Part shown: in pieces, positions 13,623 to 26,023 of the stretch | How the letters are laid out: each line of letters opens with the position of its first letter | Position numbering within the stretch: position 1 is the first letter of the stretch | Assembly (NCBI GenBank): GCA_964016885.1 | Contig: OZ024758.1 | Coordinates: forward strand, 27,590,001-27,654,000 | Direction: 5' to 3' | Source: Eledone cirrhosa | Taxonomy: Eukaryota | Length of the DNA: 64,000 nt | Translations under genes and position numbers: made by a program | The notes under the pieces: model-generated | Seen by the model: the letters and a program-made list of their open reading frames with translations, nothing else | What the model was told of the DNA's origin: nothing | The model's database searches: none

Positions 13623-15581
13623 TGTAGCAGTTGCCTCCCTTGTTGTGACTCACAACCCCAATAGATTAACAACATCTAGACGGGAAGTAGAACCCTTTCT
13701 GTAACTTCCGGTCAGAACCCTATAAAACTAATAACTTTAAGTTCTCACTCTCTCATTTGCCCTTCCGGCGCCTGGCCTTCGCCAGGCGTCTTCTGCCAGC
13801 CTGCGTTTGCCTGGCAATCAAAACGGTAACTACTAACTTTGCTTCATTCTTTCGTTTATTCATTGACATGTCAACTATACTGTTAAATTGTTGATTAAAT
13901 ATTATACACACAAACAATGTCTCCTTGTTACATTCATACAACCCAGTATCCTCGCTATATTGGTAACCCTGACGTGATACGAACACGCAGCCGTTCATTG
14001 TTATAAGTGGTCACCCCGAAAAAAGAAAAAAATAGCAGAATCTGGTGTTGTGTGAGTAACATTACGAATACACAGCAAATTTTATTGACAAACTATGAAA
14101 ATACGCAGTCAAAGAAACGCACATGTGAAATTTTCGCACAGACAGACTTTTTCTCTCACGCATCAACTAACTGTCGCATTTCACGATATATATGTTTCTC
14201 GTTTCTTACAACGAACACTTTCAAAACAAAAAAAAAAAAAGAAATTTGATTTTTTTTTTTTTAAAAACATTTCAACAGGAACATTTATTTTCGATGAACC
14301 ATTGCCTTTTTTTTTTTTTTCATCGTTTTCTTCATCGTTCAAGTTTTTTTTCAAAGTTCACACCAATAATTATGCTAAGTGAAGCCTTTCTTTTTCATCA
14401 TTGTCACTTTCACACTATCATTTTCTCGCGCGTTAGAAATATTATTTTTTAAACCTAACTTAACCTTGTATTGGCACGTGTAGGCAGCACAAATTTTCGA
14501 CTCACAGAGATAGCCGCACGCCAGAGATAACGTTTCTCGCCAAGGATTCTTCAGGATTAAGCTATATTCTCCAATTTGCCGGTTTAAAAATTTACCACGT
14601 AAATTTGCCGTTGAAAACTGCGCATTTATTCAGAATGCTTATTTCTTTGGTCGCTGGCCTCTTGACCCTTCCAGGTCAACGCATTCTCAACATCGACCAT
14701 CAACTTCGGCTGTTATTTCTAGCACTTTGCGCAATTCATCTTTTCTGAAAAAAATTTTTTTACTGTGAATTTAAACACCGAATACGCTCACTCCACGAGA
14801 AAACAACATCAACAGCAACACAGCTTCACCAACAACCAAAACCAGCAGAACAAGCCAGAGAATTTATTTTTGCAGCACTCTTCCTGTGAGAAAATCCATT
14901 CGGAGGTTGGAAATTTCACGATATACCACAGAACAGAAACCACCTGCATTCATTCTCTGGAATACACTTTCTTTCCTGCTGTCATGTGATTGCACACCTG
15001 TGAACTATATTTTGAACATTTGAACTTTGAGCTCTTCTCTTACTTTATTACATTGTATCTTTGGGTGATGGATAGATAGATGTCCAGTCGTTCTCTGGCC
15101 AAGAGCGGTTGGCTACCTTGATATCTATCATTGATTTTTGCAAACATTCTTTTGTCGTAATTTTCATGCCTGTTACAACATTCTCGCCAACTTGCTACAT
15201 ATTTCATTCGATTTTTATATTCTAAAATTCTGGCGGGAGGTTATGTAGCAGTTGCCTCCCTTGTTGTGACTCACAACCCCAATAGATTAACAACATCTAG
15301 ACGGGAAGTAGAACCCTTTCTGTAACTTCCGGTCAGAACCCTATAAAACTAATAACTTTAAGTTCTCACTCTCTCATTTGCCCTTCCGGCGCCTGGCCTT
15401 CGCCAGGCGTCTTCTGCCAGCCTGCGTTTGCCTGGCAATCAAAACGGTAACTACTAACTTTGCTTCATTCTTTCGTTTATTCATTGACATGTCAACTATA
15501 CTGTTAAATTGTTGATTAAATGTTATACACACAAACCATGTCTCCGTGTTACATTCATACACCGCTAGTAGATCCGCTATA
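13623..15581 (+). mobile_element. Non-autonomous LTR retroelement (TRIM/LARD-like, probably Gypsy-derived)
   Basis: LTRs 13623-13959 and 15244-15581; GAAC TSD; PBS TGGTAACCCTGACGTGAT at 13961-13978 (2 mismatches to the tRNA-Trp PBS); purine tract GGCGGGAGG before the 3' LTR; no coding ORF. Confidence 0.92.
13700..13790 (+). promoter_or_regulatory. Putative LTR promoter (ETS-like ACTTCCGG, TATAAAA) and GC-rich hairpin
   Basis: TATAAAA at about 13721; hairpin GGCGCCTGGC-CTTC-GCCAGGCGTC at 13767-13790; ATTAAA near 13894. Confidence 0.5.
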
Positions 15582-15784
15582 GAACCCTCAGATAAATGGA
15601 AAAAGATGAGTTCATCTTTTTCCATTTATCTGAGGGTTCTAAACCCCATTATGAGACTAAAATTTCTTTAGTCTAAAACACGGTGAAAGCTATTCTATTT
15701 CTAATATATTTGTATATACATATGTATCTATATTTGTATGTATGTATATATGTATATATATATGTATGTATATATATATGTATG

Positions 15785-16112
15785 GTTACTCCTGATGGAG
15801 TCGTAGGGGGCACTGTAGTGACATACAGTGTTTCTATGGCATTTTTTAAACCTGGCAGAGCCCATCCCTCTCCAGGTTTAAATACAGCAGATTTCTTCCA
15901 GAGAAAGATAGAAAGTGAGAGAGAGGAAATGAGAAAGAGATATAGAGGAAGAATCAACCCCAGTACTAGACTGGTACTTTTTTTTTATCGAACTTGAATG
16001 GATGAAAGGTAAAGTTGACCTCGGCGGGATTAGAACTCAGAGAGCAGAGAGCTGGAACAAATACAAGAAACCATTCTATCTGATGTTCTAACAACTCTGT
16101 CAAGTCGCTGCC
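15785..16112 (-). mobile_element. SINE family C (family B head plus different long tail); copies at 39345-39667, 44628-44908, 54160-54488, tail fragment at 1-110
   Basis: Shared B-type head/core joined to a ccaggtttaaaaatgcc...ctacgactcc tail. Confidence 0.75.
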
Positions 16113-16169
16113 TATAATTTAAGATCATATTTCAAACAATATCAAAGGATATATCCTAATATCCTAACA

Positions 16170-16870
16170 GGAGTTGTCAAAATCCAGAAACCTGGTCAAA
16201 ACAAGGGAGGAGTTCAGTCCATTTACAAAGGCCAAGTGCTTGATGTTCCTAGTGGAGACCAGTATATGTGGTTTGGGTTGTGGAATGAAGGGACAATGAC
16301 AGAGAGATTGGGAGAAGTGGCAGAGGCACTGAAAAAGAATAGTGGACATATGTTGTGTAGAGGAGATAAGATGGAAGAGTGTGAGAATGCTGAGAGAAGT
16401 TTGTATGGCAAGTTTGTATGGCAAGGGGTGCCCAGAGAATGTGCATGATGTTACTGTCTTGATTTCTGTTGCGTTTGTAGAGAGTGTGGTGAATGTGACT
16501 AGAGTGAGTCTACAGTTGATGATGGTGAAACTGGTGATTGTTGCACCGACAGAGGGGATAGCTGAGGAAGAAGTTAAGTATTGAAAGGGTGGAATGGCAA
16601 GAAGGCCAACAGGAGTTGTGGGAGATATGTTAAAAGCAGCGAGAAGGTAGGATGTGAAAAGAATAACATAGATCTGTTGGTTAATGGTGAAAGAAGACTA
16701 CATTTCAGTGAATTGGGAGTTGAGTACTCTCATTCCTCTGTACAAAGGGGAAAGTCAGTCCACTAGACTGTGGTTTGTATAGAGCAATTAAACTGTTGGA
16801 ACACTGAATGAAGGTTGGAAAAGTGGTCTGGCGAGTACCAGTCAACTAAGTTACACAAAACATGGGATAG
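16170..16870 (+). mobile_element. Heavily deleted RTE LINE (AP endonuclease N-terminus plus RT scraps)
   Basis: FGLWNEGTMTERLGEVAEAL / DICCVEEIRWK resembles the RTE endonuclease start. Confidence 0.6.
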
Positions 16871-17109
16871 ACAACACACACAATGTATGTATGTATACAT
16901 ACAAACACACACACAATGTATGTATGCATACAAACACACACACACAATGTATGTATGAAAGGCAAAAGTTGAACTCTGAGTGCAGAGAGCTGGAACCAAT
17001 ACCACAAAGCATTCTATCTGACATTCTAACAACTCTGCTAATTTACCACCTACATATGAATACACACATACACACATAAATGCACACCCATCTACATATA
17101 CAACATATA

Positions 17110-17615
17110 CACACTGTAAAGTGGTCGTGTAGGTGTCACAACAAAAACGCCCAGCCCACACTGTAAATTAGTCGTGTAGGTGTCACGACAAAAAGCATCC
17201 AGTCCACACTGTAAATTAGTTGTGTAGGTGTCACGACAAAAAACATCCAGTCCACACTGTAAATTAGTCGTGTAGGTGTCATGACAAAAAACATCCAGTC
17301 TACACTGTAAATTAGTCGTGTAGGTGTCACGACAAAAAGCATCCAGTCCACACTGTAGAGTGGTCGTGTAGGTGTCACAACAAAAAGCATCCAGTCCACA
17401 CTGTAGAGTGGTTATGTAGGAGACATGGCAAAAAGTACCCAGTCCACACTGTAAATGTGGTTGGCGTTAGGAAGGGCATCCAGCCATAGAAAACCAGCCC
17501 AAAACAGTTCTATATGAGCAAGACATGGTCACCTGACCCAACTTGCTTCTAATGGGATGAACCTGTCTAACCCATGCTAGCATGGGAGATAGACGTTAAA
17601 CGAAGATGATGATGA
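17110..17615 (+). mobile_element. RTE 3' tail with about 7 tandem 50-bp modules; similar arrays at 56340-56793 (-) and 40010-40313 (+)
   Basis: Repeated ccagtccacactgtaaa module followed by the ggaagggcatccagc...(GAT)n tail. Confidence 0.8.
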
Positions 17616-18005
17616 TATGACAGTGTGTACTAATAACTGACATTAATTACTTTAGGTTTTTTTAGTGTTGCTCATTGAAATAATACCATATTAATTACTG
17701 CATCAAATGTTTGTCTTTCATATCTCTTACTCATTGTAGAAATTCAATTATTTCTTCAGGCAAACATTTCAACATTGCTTACTCAATAGAAATGTTTTCA
17801 TCATTAATCTCTGGCTACTAATTAGCTCCGTATCCACAAATTAATAAATATCTGTTTTCATATAAACCTTTCTTTCTTTCTTTCTCTCCCTCACTATACA
17901 CTCACACACACATGTATACATATATTGTAATGATTTATTACTGTTTAACACATATATTTATATCAAAAGAAAGTTTGGCATTTACTTATATATATATATA
18001 TATAT

Positions 18006-18382
18006 ATCATCATTTTACATCCGCTTTTCACTGCTTGCAAGGGTGGGACGGGAACTAATTCTGGCTTGATTTCTACAGCTGGATGCCCTTCCTAACACCA
18101 ACCTCATTTACAGTGAGCATCTACACATCCACCGTGGCACCTACATGTCCACTTTACAGTGTGGGCTGAGTGCTTTTTTGCCGTGGCACCTCCACAACCA
18201 CTTTGTAGTGGAATGATAGGGACCGCAGTCCCTATCATCTCATTTCTACAGCTGAGTAAACTGGAGCAATGTGAAATAAAGTGTCTTGCTCAAAGACACA
18301 ACGCATCACCCGGTCTGAAAATTGAACTCACAACCTTTCGATTGCAAGCCCAATGCTCTAACCACTAAGACATGTGCCTCCA
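18006..18382 (-). mobile_element. SINE family A
   Basis: Reverse complement of 6676-7026. Confidence 0.85.
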
Positions 18383-18429
18383 TCATATATATGTATATAT
18401 ATACATATATATGATGGAGGCACATGAGG

Positions 18430-18797
18430 CAATGACACACGACCGTGACCTCTGGCGTCACGCAGTAATACAGAGTACCCGACCTCCCATGGGTACAAGC
18501 TGAAGCATATAGACAATATGCCCCCACACCCCCCACCGCAAGGTGGTCGTGGAGGTGCCACGGCAAAAAAGCACCCAGCCCACACTGTAAAGTGGACGTG
18601 TAGGCGCCACGAAAAAGGACCCAGCACTCACTGTAAATGAGGTTGGTGTTAGGAAGGGCATCCAGCTGTAGAAATCCAGCCAAATCAGTTCCTGTATGAG
18701 CAAGGCATGGTCAGCCGACCAGACACTGCCCACAACAGGACAACCTGTCTAACCCATGCTAGCATGGAAGAACGGACGTAAAACGGTGATGATGATG
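18430..18797 (+). mobile_element. 5'-truncated RTE LINE 3' end
   Basis: Nearly identical to 22425-22794. Confidence 0.9.
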
Positions 18798-19444
18798 TTT
18801 GTGTGTGTGTGTGTGTGTGTGTGTGCATACATACCTACACACACGTATGTGTATGCATATATACACACATTATATGTACATGTATATATATATATCAGAA
18901 AAACCTTCTTTAAGCTCTTCTCCAAATATTTCAAATACAAGAGATAAGAAAAGCACATTTAAGGGCCAGTGATAGGGAATTTACAAAGCCAGTCGATTCC
19001 ATAAAACATTTAACAAAAATAAAATAAAATCTTCCTATTCCACTATTCTTAAGTTTAACCAGAAAACAAAGATGTTCTATTCAGTCAGCTGAACAGTTAA
19101 TGTCAGTATGGCAAAAGAAAATACAAGAGAAAAAATACATCTTTGGACCATCGATGGGGAGTTTTGCACATCCAGTTCCAAAAATAGACTTGGATTCTTG
19201 GGAAACAATAAAATAATTTATCAATTTATCATATTCAATGTAGATGATCACCATATATGAGAAACAAAAAATTCACAAAAGTATAAAATGTAAACAATGA
19301 ATAATTGTACAAAGAATGAGGGATGGGGACAACCCCCACGCAACCTTGTAATTGTTTCTCTTTTACAACTTTGCCATTGAGCAGGAAACCAATATGTAAC
19401 AGGAAGAAAATACATATGCATACACATATTATATAATATAAATA

Positions 19445-20412
19445 TACTGTATATACTTGAATATAAGCCAAGAAATATGTGAGCAAAGAATCAATGGTTA
19501 AATAGGGAGGGGGGGGGGGGCGTTTATATACACCATCACCTATATAATATGTTGATTAGCTGCCTCAGCTCATAAACGGGGTTTGGATTTTTGCCCATTT
19601 CTCAAACAAAATATGGTGGTGGTGATGGTGGTGGTGATGGTGGTGGTGATGGTGGTGGTGGTGGTGGTGGTGGTGTTGGTGGTGGTGGTGGTGGTAGTGG
19701 TGGTGGTGGTGGTGGTGGTGGTGGTAGTGGTGGTGATGGTGGTGGTGGTGGTGGTGGTGGTGATGGTGGTGGTGGTGGTGGTAGTGGTGGTGATGGTGAT
19801 GTTGGTGGTAGTGGTGGTGGTGATGGTGGTGGTGGTGGTGTTGGTGGTGTTGGTGGTGGTGGTAGTGGGGGTGGTGGTGGTGGTGGTAGAGGTTGTGGTG
19901 GTTGTGGTGATGGTGGTGGTGGTGTTGGTGGTAGTGGGGGTGGTGTCGATGGTGGTGTTGGCGGTGGTGGTAGTGGTGATGGTGGTGGTGGTGGTGGTGG
20001 TGGTCTTGGTGGTGGTGATGTGGTGGTAGTGGTGGTGATAGTGGTGTTGGTGGTAGTAGTGGTGGTGGTGGTGGTAGTGGTTGTGGTGATGGTGGTAGTA
20101 GTAGTGGTGGTGGTGGTGGTGATGGTGATGTTGGTGGTAGTGGTGGTGGTGATGGTGGTGGTGGTGTTGGTGGTGGTGGTAGTGGGGGTGGTGTTGATGG
20201 TGGGGGTGGTGTCGATGGTGGTGTTGGCGGTGGTGGTAGTGGTGGTGGTGATGGTGGTCTTGGTGGTGGTGATGTGGTGGTAGTGGTGGTGGTGTTGGTG
20301 GTAGTAGTAGTGGTGGTGGTGGTGGTGGTGGTGGTAGTGGTTGTGGTGATGGTGGTGGTGGTAATGGTGGTGATGTGGTGGTGGAGTTTCAGCTTATACT
20401 CAAGTATATACA
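19445..20412. mobile_element. pogo/Tc2-like MITE containing a (GGT)n expansion; relatives at 24105-24283, 56873-57079, 8255-8703
   Basis: TIRs tactgtatatacttgaatataagc ... gcttatactcaagtatataca; body shared with the other copies. Confidence 0.7.
19613..20383. repeat. (GGT/GAT)n trinucleotide microsatellite, about 770 bp
   Basis: Direct reading. Confidence 0.97.
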
Positions 20413-20449
20413 CTATATATGTATACAATGGTTCAGAATTTTTAAATTA

Positions 20450-20590
<141 letters not shown>

Positions 20591-21125
20591 TCAAATAATT
20601 TGTAACTCAATTTTTTTTAAAAATCAATTAACATTTCATCCTAAGGAATAGTATAAATTTAAAATCAATTTTTTCCAGTTGCAGAAAAAAAGTCAAATCT
20701 TTTGTTTGTTTTATCTACAACTGTTTCAACCTTACCTCTGAAAAGAGGGTATTAACCCTGAAATATCATAGCATAATATACTAGGTAAAACATTACTTTG
20801 TTTTGCTTTATTTACCATCATTTGCCATCCTACCGCATTGTACCGGTTTTTAAAAACAACATATCTGTCATTTATTGCATATCTCACAATGCTTTGTATT
20901 AACTAAACTACTCCATTAGAATCATAATTTTCAATGCTACATTATATTTCTTTCATCTGCCATATGTAGTTAGGTTTTTTAACAGACCATTCTCTATGCA
21001 TTTTCATCCTCCATCCTCACTGTTTCTTACTATCAGAGATAACATCCATCTCCAAAAATCACTAAAATGTTTCCCCTCTCTGTATAATCTATCTTCATTA
21101 CTCTAAACCAACACAACTGTTTTTT

Positions 21126-22794
21126 GTCTATGATTAGGGACCGGGTGAATATAGACGAGATGCAATTTGGGTTTGTACCAGGGAGAGGCACCACTGATGC
21201 CCTCTTCCTTGTGAGGCAATTACAGGAAAAGTACCTAGCTAAAAGTAAGCCACTCTACTTGGCATTTGTCACCTTGAGAAAGCCTTTGACAGAGTTCCAC
21301 GTGCAGTAATCTGGTGGGCTCTTAGAAAACTAGGAGTAGATGAATGGCTTGTGAAAGCGGTACAAGCCATGTATAGGGGAGCAGTCAGCAAAGTTAGGAT
21401 TAGCAATGAGTATAGCGAGGAATTTAGCGTACAGGTTGGGGTCCACCAGGGCTCTGTTCTTAGCCCTCTCCTGTTCATCATAGTCCTGCAGGCAATAACG
21501 GAGGAGTTTAAGACCGGATGCCCATGGGAACTCCTGTATGCTGATGACCTCGCACTCATAGCTGAATCTATGGTAGAACTAGAGAATAAATTCCAAACCT
21601 GGAAGCAGGGACTAGAGAGAAAGGGCCTCAAAGTCAACATGACAAAGACTAAGGTCCTTGTAAGTAGACGAGAAAACAGAACCCAGATCCCCTCAGGGAA
21701 ATGGCCTTGCTCAGTATGTAGGAAAGGTGTAGGTAGGAACTCCATTCTCTGCCCCAAATGCAAACAATGGGTACACAAGAGATGTAGCGGGATCTCAGGA
21801 AGCTTAATTAAGAATGTAGGATTCACATGCAGCAGCTGTGCTGAAACAGCAAGCAAACAGCCACAGGAAACAAGTACCACCAATCTCTGGGAGGGCCCTG
21901 TAGAAACAGTAGACAGCTTCTGCTACCTAGGTGACCGAATTAGCAACGGAGGTGGGTGCTCAGAAAGTACAATAACTAGGGTAAGAACGGGATGGAAGAA
22001 GTTTAGGGAACTACTACCACTGCTAGCTGCAAAAGGCTTCTCCCTCAGAATGAAAGGCAGACTGTATGATGCGTGTATCCGAACAGCGATGTTGCATGGT
22101 AGTGAGACCTGGGCGCTGAAGGTGGAAGACTTACGGAGATTAGAGAGAAACGAAGCCTGCATGCTCCGATGGATGTGTAACAGTAATATACGTGAACGAC
22201 AAAGCATAAAGGAATTGAGAGAGAGACTGAGCATAAGAGGAATCAAATGCTGCGTGCAGGAGAGGCGGTTACGCTGGTATGGACATGTGATGCGTATGAA
22301 GGATGACAGCTGCATAAAAAGGTGCAGAGCACTAGAAGTTGATGGAGACCGCGGAGTGGGGAGACCCAAGATGACTTGGGATGAGGTGATAAAAGCCGAC
22401 CTTACCCAACTACACCTCTCAAAGACAATGACACACGACCGTGACTTCTGGCGTCACGCAGTAATACAGGGTACCCGACCTCCCATGGGTACATGCTGAA
22501 GCATATAAACAATATGCCCCCACTCCCCCCACCGCAAGGTGGTCGTGGAGGTGCCACGGCAAAAAAGCACCCAACCCACACTGTAAAGTGGACGTGTAGG
22601 CGCCACGAAAAAGCACCCAGCACTCACTGTAAATGAGGTTGGTGTTAGGAAGGGCATCCCAGCTGTAGAAATCAAGCCAGATCAGTTCCTGTATGAGCAA
22701 GGCATGGTCAGCCGACCAGACACTGCCCACAACAGGACAACCCGTCTAACCCATGCTAGTGTGGAAGAACGGACGTAAAACGGTGATGATGATG
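21126..22794 (+). mobile_element. Young 5'-truncated RTE-clade LINE (RT, Cys-rich zinc finger, 3' UTR)
   Basis: QFGFVPGRGTTDA, GVHQGSVLSPLLF, YADD, CSVCRKGVGRNSILCPKCKQWVHKRC, RLRWYGHV; single 1-nt frameshift at about 21270; (GAT)n tail. Confidence 0.95.
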
Positions 22795-23039
22795 AACCTT
22801 TTCAAACACCTTTCATGCCTGGTGACCTTCTCAAACCATTTGAGGTGATCCTGTCTTGTTAGTTAATATAGAATATTGTATTTATTACATACACACACAA
22901 AAAAACACATACATATATGCCCATACACTCATATGAAAACCTTAAGACTTAGGCTTTTTATATATACTAAGGTCCAAAGTAATTAAAGATTAATTTTAAA
23001 ATTTCTAAATTTTGCTAATATTTACAATTAAATTTTGAA

Positions 23040-23360
23040 AGTAGTAAAGGGTCACGAATGACCATGGGATTTGAACCTAGAAAGTTTTACTCCAAGGCAC
23101 AAGTCTGGGCAAGGTTGTTTGTGGAAGACCAACAGTTGCCCATCCATACCAGCTTCCCCTCTCCATGCCACCGATGTTGCCTAAGGGAGATACAGCTTGG
23201 CACCAGTGACGTCACAACTCATTTCTACAGCTGAGTAAACTGGAGCAACATGAAATAAAGTGTCTTGCTCAAGGATACAACGCATCACCTGGTCCGAGAA
23301 TCAAACTCACAACCTCGCAACTGTAAGCCTGACATTCTAACCACCAAGCCATGCCCCTTC
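23040..23360 (-). mobile_element. SINE with family A head and a third tail type
   Basis: A-type head and ccttgagcaagacactttatttc core; unrelated 3' part. Confidence 0.7.
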
Positions 23361-23427
23361 TAAAGTAGTATTTAGGTTGAAAAAAAACTGAGATATTGAT
23401 AAACCTATGATAAATATATCAACTCAC

Positions 23428-23566
23428 CTATTTAGCTCATAGAGATGTAAGCCACCAGTAAAATATTGTGTAAGGGGCCAAGTGTTTGAGACACACTGAA
23501 CAGCAGCATTCATGAAACATGTGTTTCCCAAATTATTTAAACCTGTTGCACCTTGTTCCGTTGGTA
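23428..23566 (-). CDS. USP32: USP32 exon, catalytic Cys box ([29 protein letters not shown]...LYELNR)
   Basis: 139 nt, gtccag acceptor, GTGAGT donor; USP Cys box [12 protein letters not shown]. Confidence 0.97.
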
Positions 23567-23642
23567 CTGGACAACAGAGAAAAGAAATTTAAAAACATAT
23601 TTAACAATATTTTTTTAGTAATCAAATAAACAGAAACCATTA

Positions 23643-24020
23643 TTTATGGTGAATTGGCAGTATCGGTAGAGAGTTGGATTATGCTTTCCAGCATAGAGTT
23701 ACGTCCCTTTACGATTTGAGTTCAATTCCCGCCGAGGTTAACTTTGCCTTTCATCCTTACGGGGTCGATAAAATAAAGTACCAGTAATGTACTGGGATAA
23801 TTGCTGGCCTTGTGCCAAAAAGTAGAAACCATTATTTATAAGAGAGCTTAGAGAGTCGGATGCCATGCTTTGACTCATAGAGTTACGGCCCTTGCCATTC
23901 TGAGTTCAAATCCCGCCGAGGTTAAACTTGCTTTTCATCCTTACAGGGTTGATAAAATAAAGTACCAGTAATGCACTGGGATAATTGCTGGCCTTGTGCC
24001 AAAAGTAGAAACAATTATTT
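23643..24020 (+). mobile_element. SINE family B tandem dimer
   Basis: Two head-to-tail units ending ggccttgtgccaaaagtagaaac. Confidence 0.85.
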
Positions 24021-24724
24021 ATAAGAGAGCTTATGCAGAGATTTTCTGGCAACAGATGAGAACAACATAAAAGATTGAAAAAGAGCCATGGTTGTTTTTG
24101 TTATGCATATATTCGAATATAAGCTGAGGAATATGTGACCAAAACGTCGATGGTAAAATAGGAGGGGTGGTTGGCTTATATACACCATCTACACAATGTT
24201 TGGCTTATAAATAGAGTTTGGATTTTTTCCCATTGCTCAGACATAAAATAGAGGGTCGGTTTATATTCGAGTATATACGGTATATCTTATTTTAAAGACT
24301 GATATTATTGATTTATTCATTAAATTGTAATCTAAATGGTTCAGGAAGGAAAGAATAAAGTGGTAATAGGTGATACAGTTGTTGAGATAGAGTTATTTCA
24401 AAATTAATCTGTTTTAGTAGTATGTAAAATAATTTGGTTCAATATAAACATTTACATTTCTCTCTAGACAAATTTAAACATTGCATATTTCATAGGAAAA
24501 TCAAATATACAATAAACAAAATAGAGCAAGAGTTAGATAAATTAATTTATATCAAATTAACATTTAATCTGAATAATATATATCAGCAATTCAGTTAAAC
24601 TCTCATCACTTGTAATTGTTATTGAATACTTCACATTTAATAAAACTTCTGAGGGCAATTTACATAGATAATAATTGTTAGTGAAAATTGAAACAAAATC
24701 TTCTACATACAATCATTGGTTTTG

Positions 24725-24924
24725 TAAGGTCGGCTGAAAAGTTCATAGTCTGACTATAAAGGAGTGATGCTAGTGTTGTGAAATCTTGATTGCATTAATT
24801 CCAAGGCTTTTTATTAATAACTACATTGTTTTTTTCCAGGGACCATGTTGAAAAATAAACCTCATTTGGTCATTCCATGAGAGTATCTTGGCCAACCTAT
24901 GAACTTTTCAGCATACTTTTGTAT
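24725..24924. mobile_element. mariner-like MITE (degenerate)
   Basis: Inverted ends gctgaaaagttcatag ... ctatgaacttttcagc. Confidence 0.55.
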
Positions 24925-25147
24925 ATAACCTTTCAATTGATCAAAAGCTGGATTTTAGCTGTAACTTTCAAAACACTTAAATTTTGACTGACATCTCTTA
25001 AGGAACAGGATTGCTAGTTTGTTGTCAAAAACCACTTCTGATTATGGTGGTGGTATTATTATTATTATTATTATTATTATTTTGCTTAGGCTTAGATGGA
25101 AATACTGGTTTTGATGTCAATCTTAAGCATATTTTTTGTTGGGTTGA

Positions 25148-25917
25148 CCTATACCAGATTTAATACAAAGCTCATCTACCTATACCAGAGTTCATACAAA
25201 GCTCATTTACCTATACCAGAGTTAATACAAAGCTCATCTACCTATACCAGAGTTCATACAAAGCTCATTTACCTATACCAGATTTAATACAAAGCTCATT
25301 TACCTATACCAGATTTAATACAAAGCTCATCTACCTATACCAGAGTTAATACAAAGCTCATTTACCTATACCAGATTTAATACAAAGCTCATTTACCTAT
25401 ACCAGATTTAATACAAAGCTCATCTACCTATACCAGAGTTAATACAAAGCTCATCTACCTATACCAGAGTTAATACAAAGCTCATCTACCTATACCAGAG
25501 TTAATACAAAGCTCATCTACCCAAACCAGAGTTAATACAAAGCTCATTTACCTATACCAGAGTTAATACAAAGCTTATCTACCTAAACCAGAGTTAATAC
25601 AAAGCTCATCTACCTATACCAGAGTTAATACAAAGCTTATCTACTTATACCAGAGTTAATACAAAGTTCATCTACCTATACCAGAGTTAATACAAAGCTC
25701 ATCTACCTATACCAGATTTAATACAAAGCTCATTTACCTATACCAGAGTTAATACAAAGCTCATTTACCTATACCAGAGTTAATACAAAGCTCATCTACC
25801 TATACCAGAGTTAATACAAAGCTCATCTACCTATACCAGAGTTAATACAAAGCTCATCTACTTATACCAGAGTTAATACAAAGCTCATCTACCTATACCA
25901 GGTTTTATACAAAGCTC
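25148..25917. repeat. 31-bp minisatellite, about 25 copies
   Basis: Unit aatacaaagctcatctacctataccagagtt. Confidence 0.96.
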
Positions 25918-26023
25918 AGTAATGCATTGATATACAATAGAAAAGTAATATTTAGCAAATGACAAGAAGGAAACCAGTGACTACCTCAATAAAAAGAACA
26001 AATAAGATAATCATTTTTCTTAC

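Larger units (their letters stand above)
13553..15705. repeat. About 190-bp palindromic (fold-back) element split by an LTR insertion
   Basis: 13553-13622 plus 15586-15610 is the reverse complement of 15611-15705 with few mismatches. Confidence 0.9.

Noticed and set aside
13753-13998. 81-83-aa ORF present twice (also 15374-15625)
   Set aside because: Antisense reading of the two LTR copies; no recognisable protein motif
13623-15581. Retrozyme (LTR element with hammerhead in its LTRs)
   Set aside because: I found no CTGANGA/GAAA core in the LTRs on either strand
19565-20428. His/Pro-rich, Gly-rich or Val-rich proteins
   Set aside because: Translations of a (GGT)n microsatellite inside a MITE
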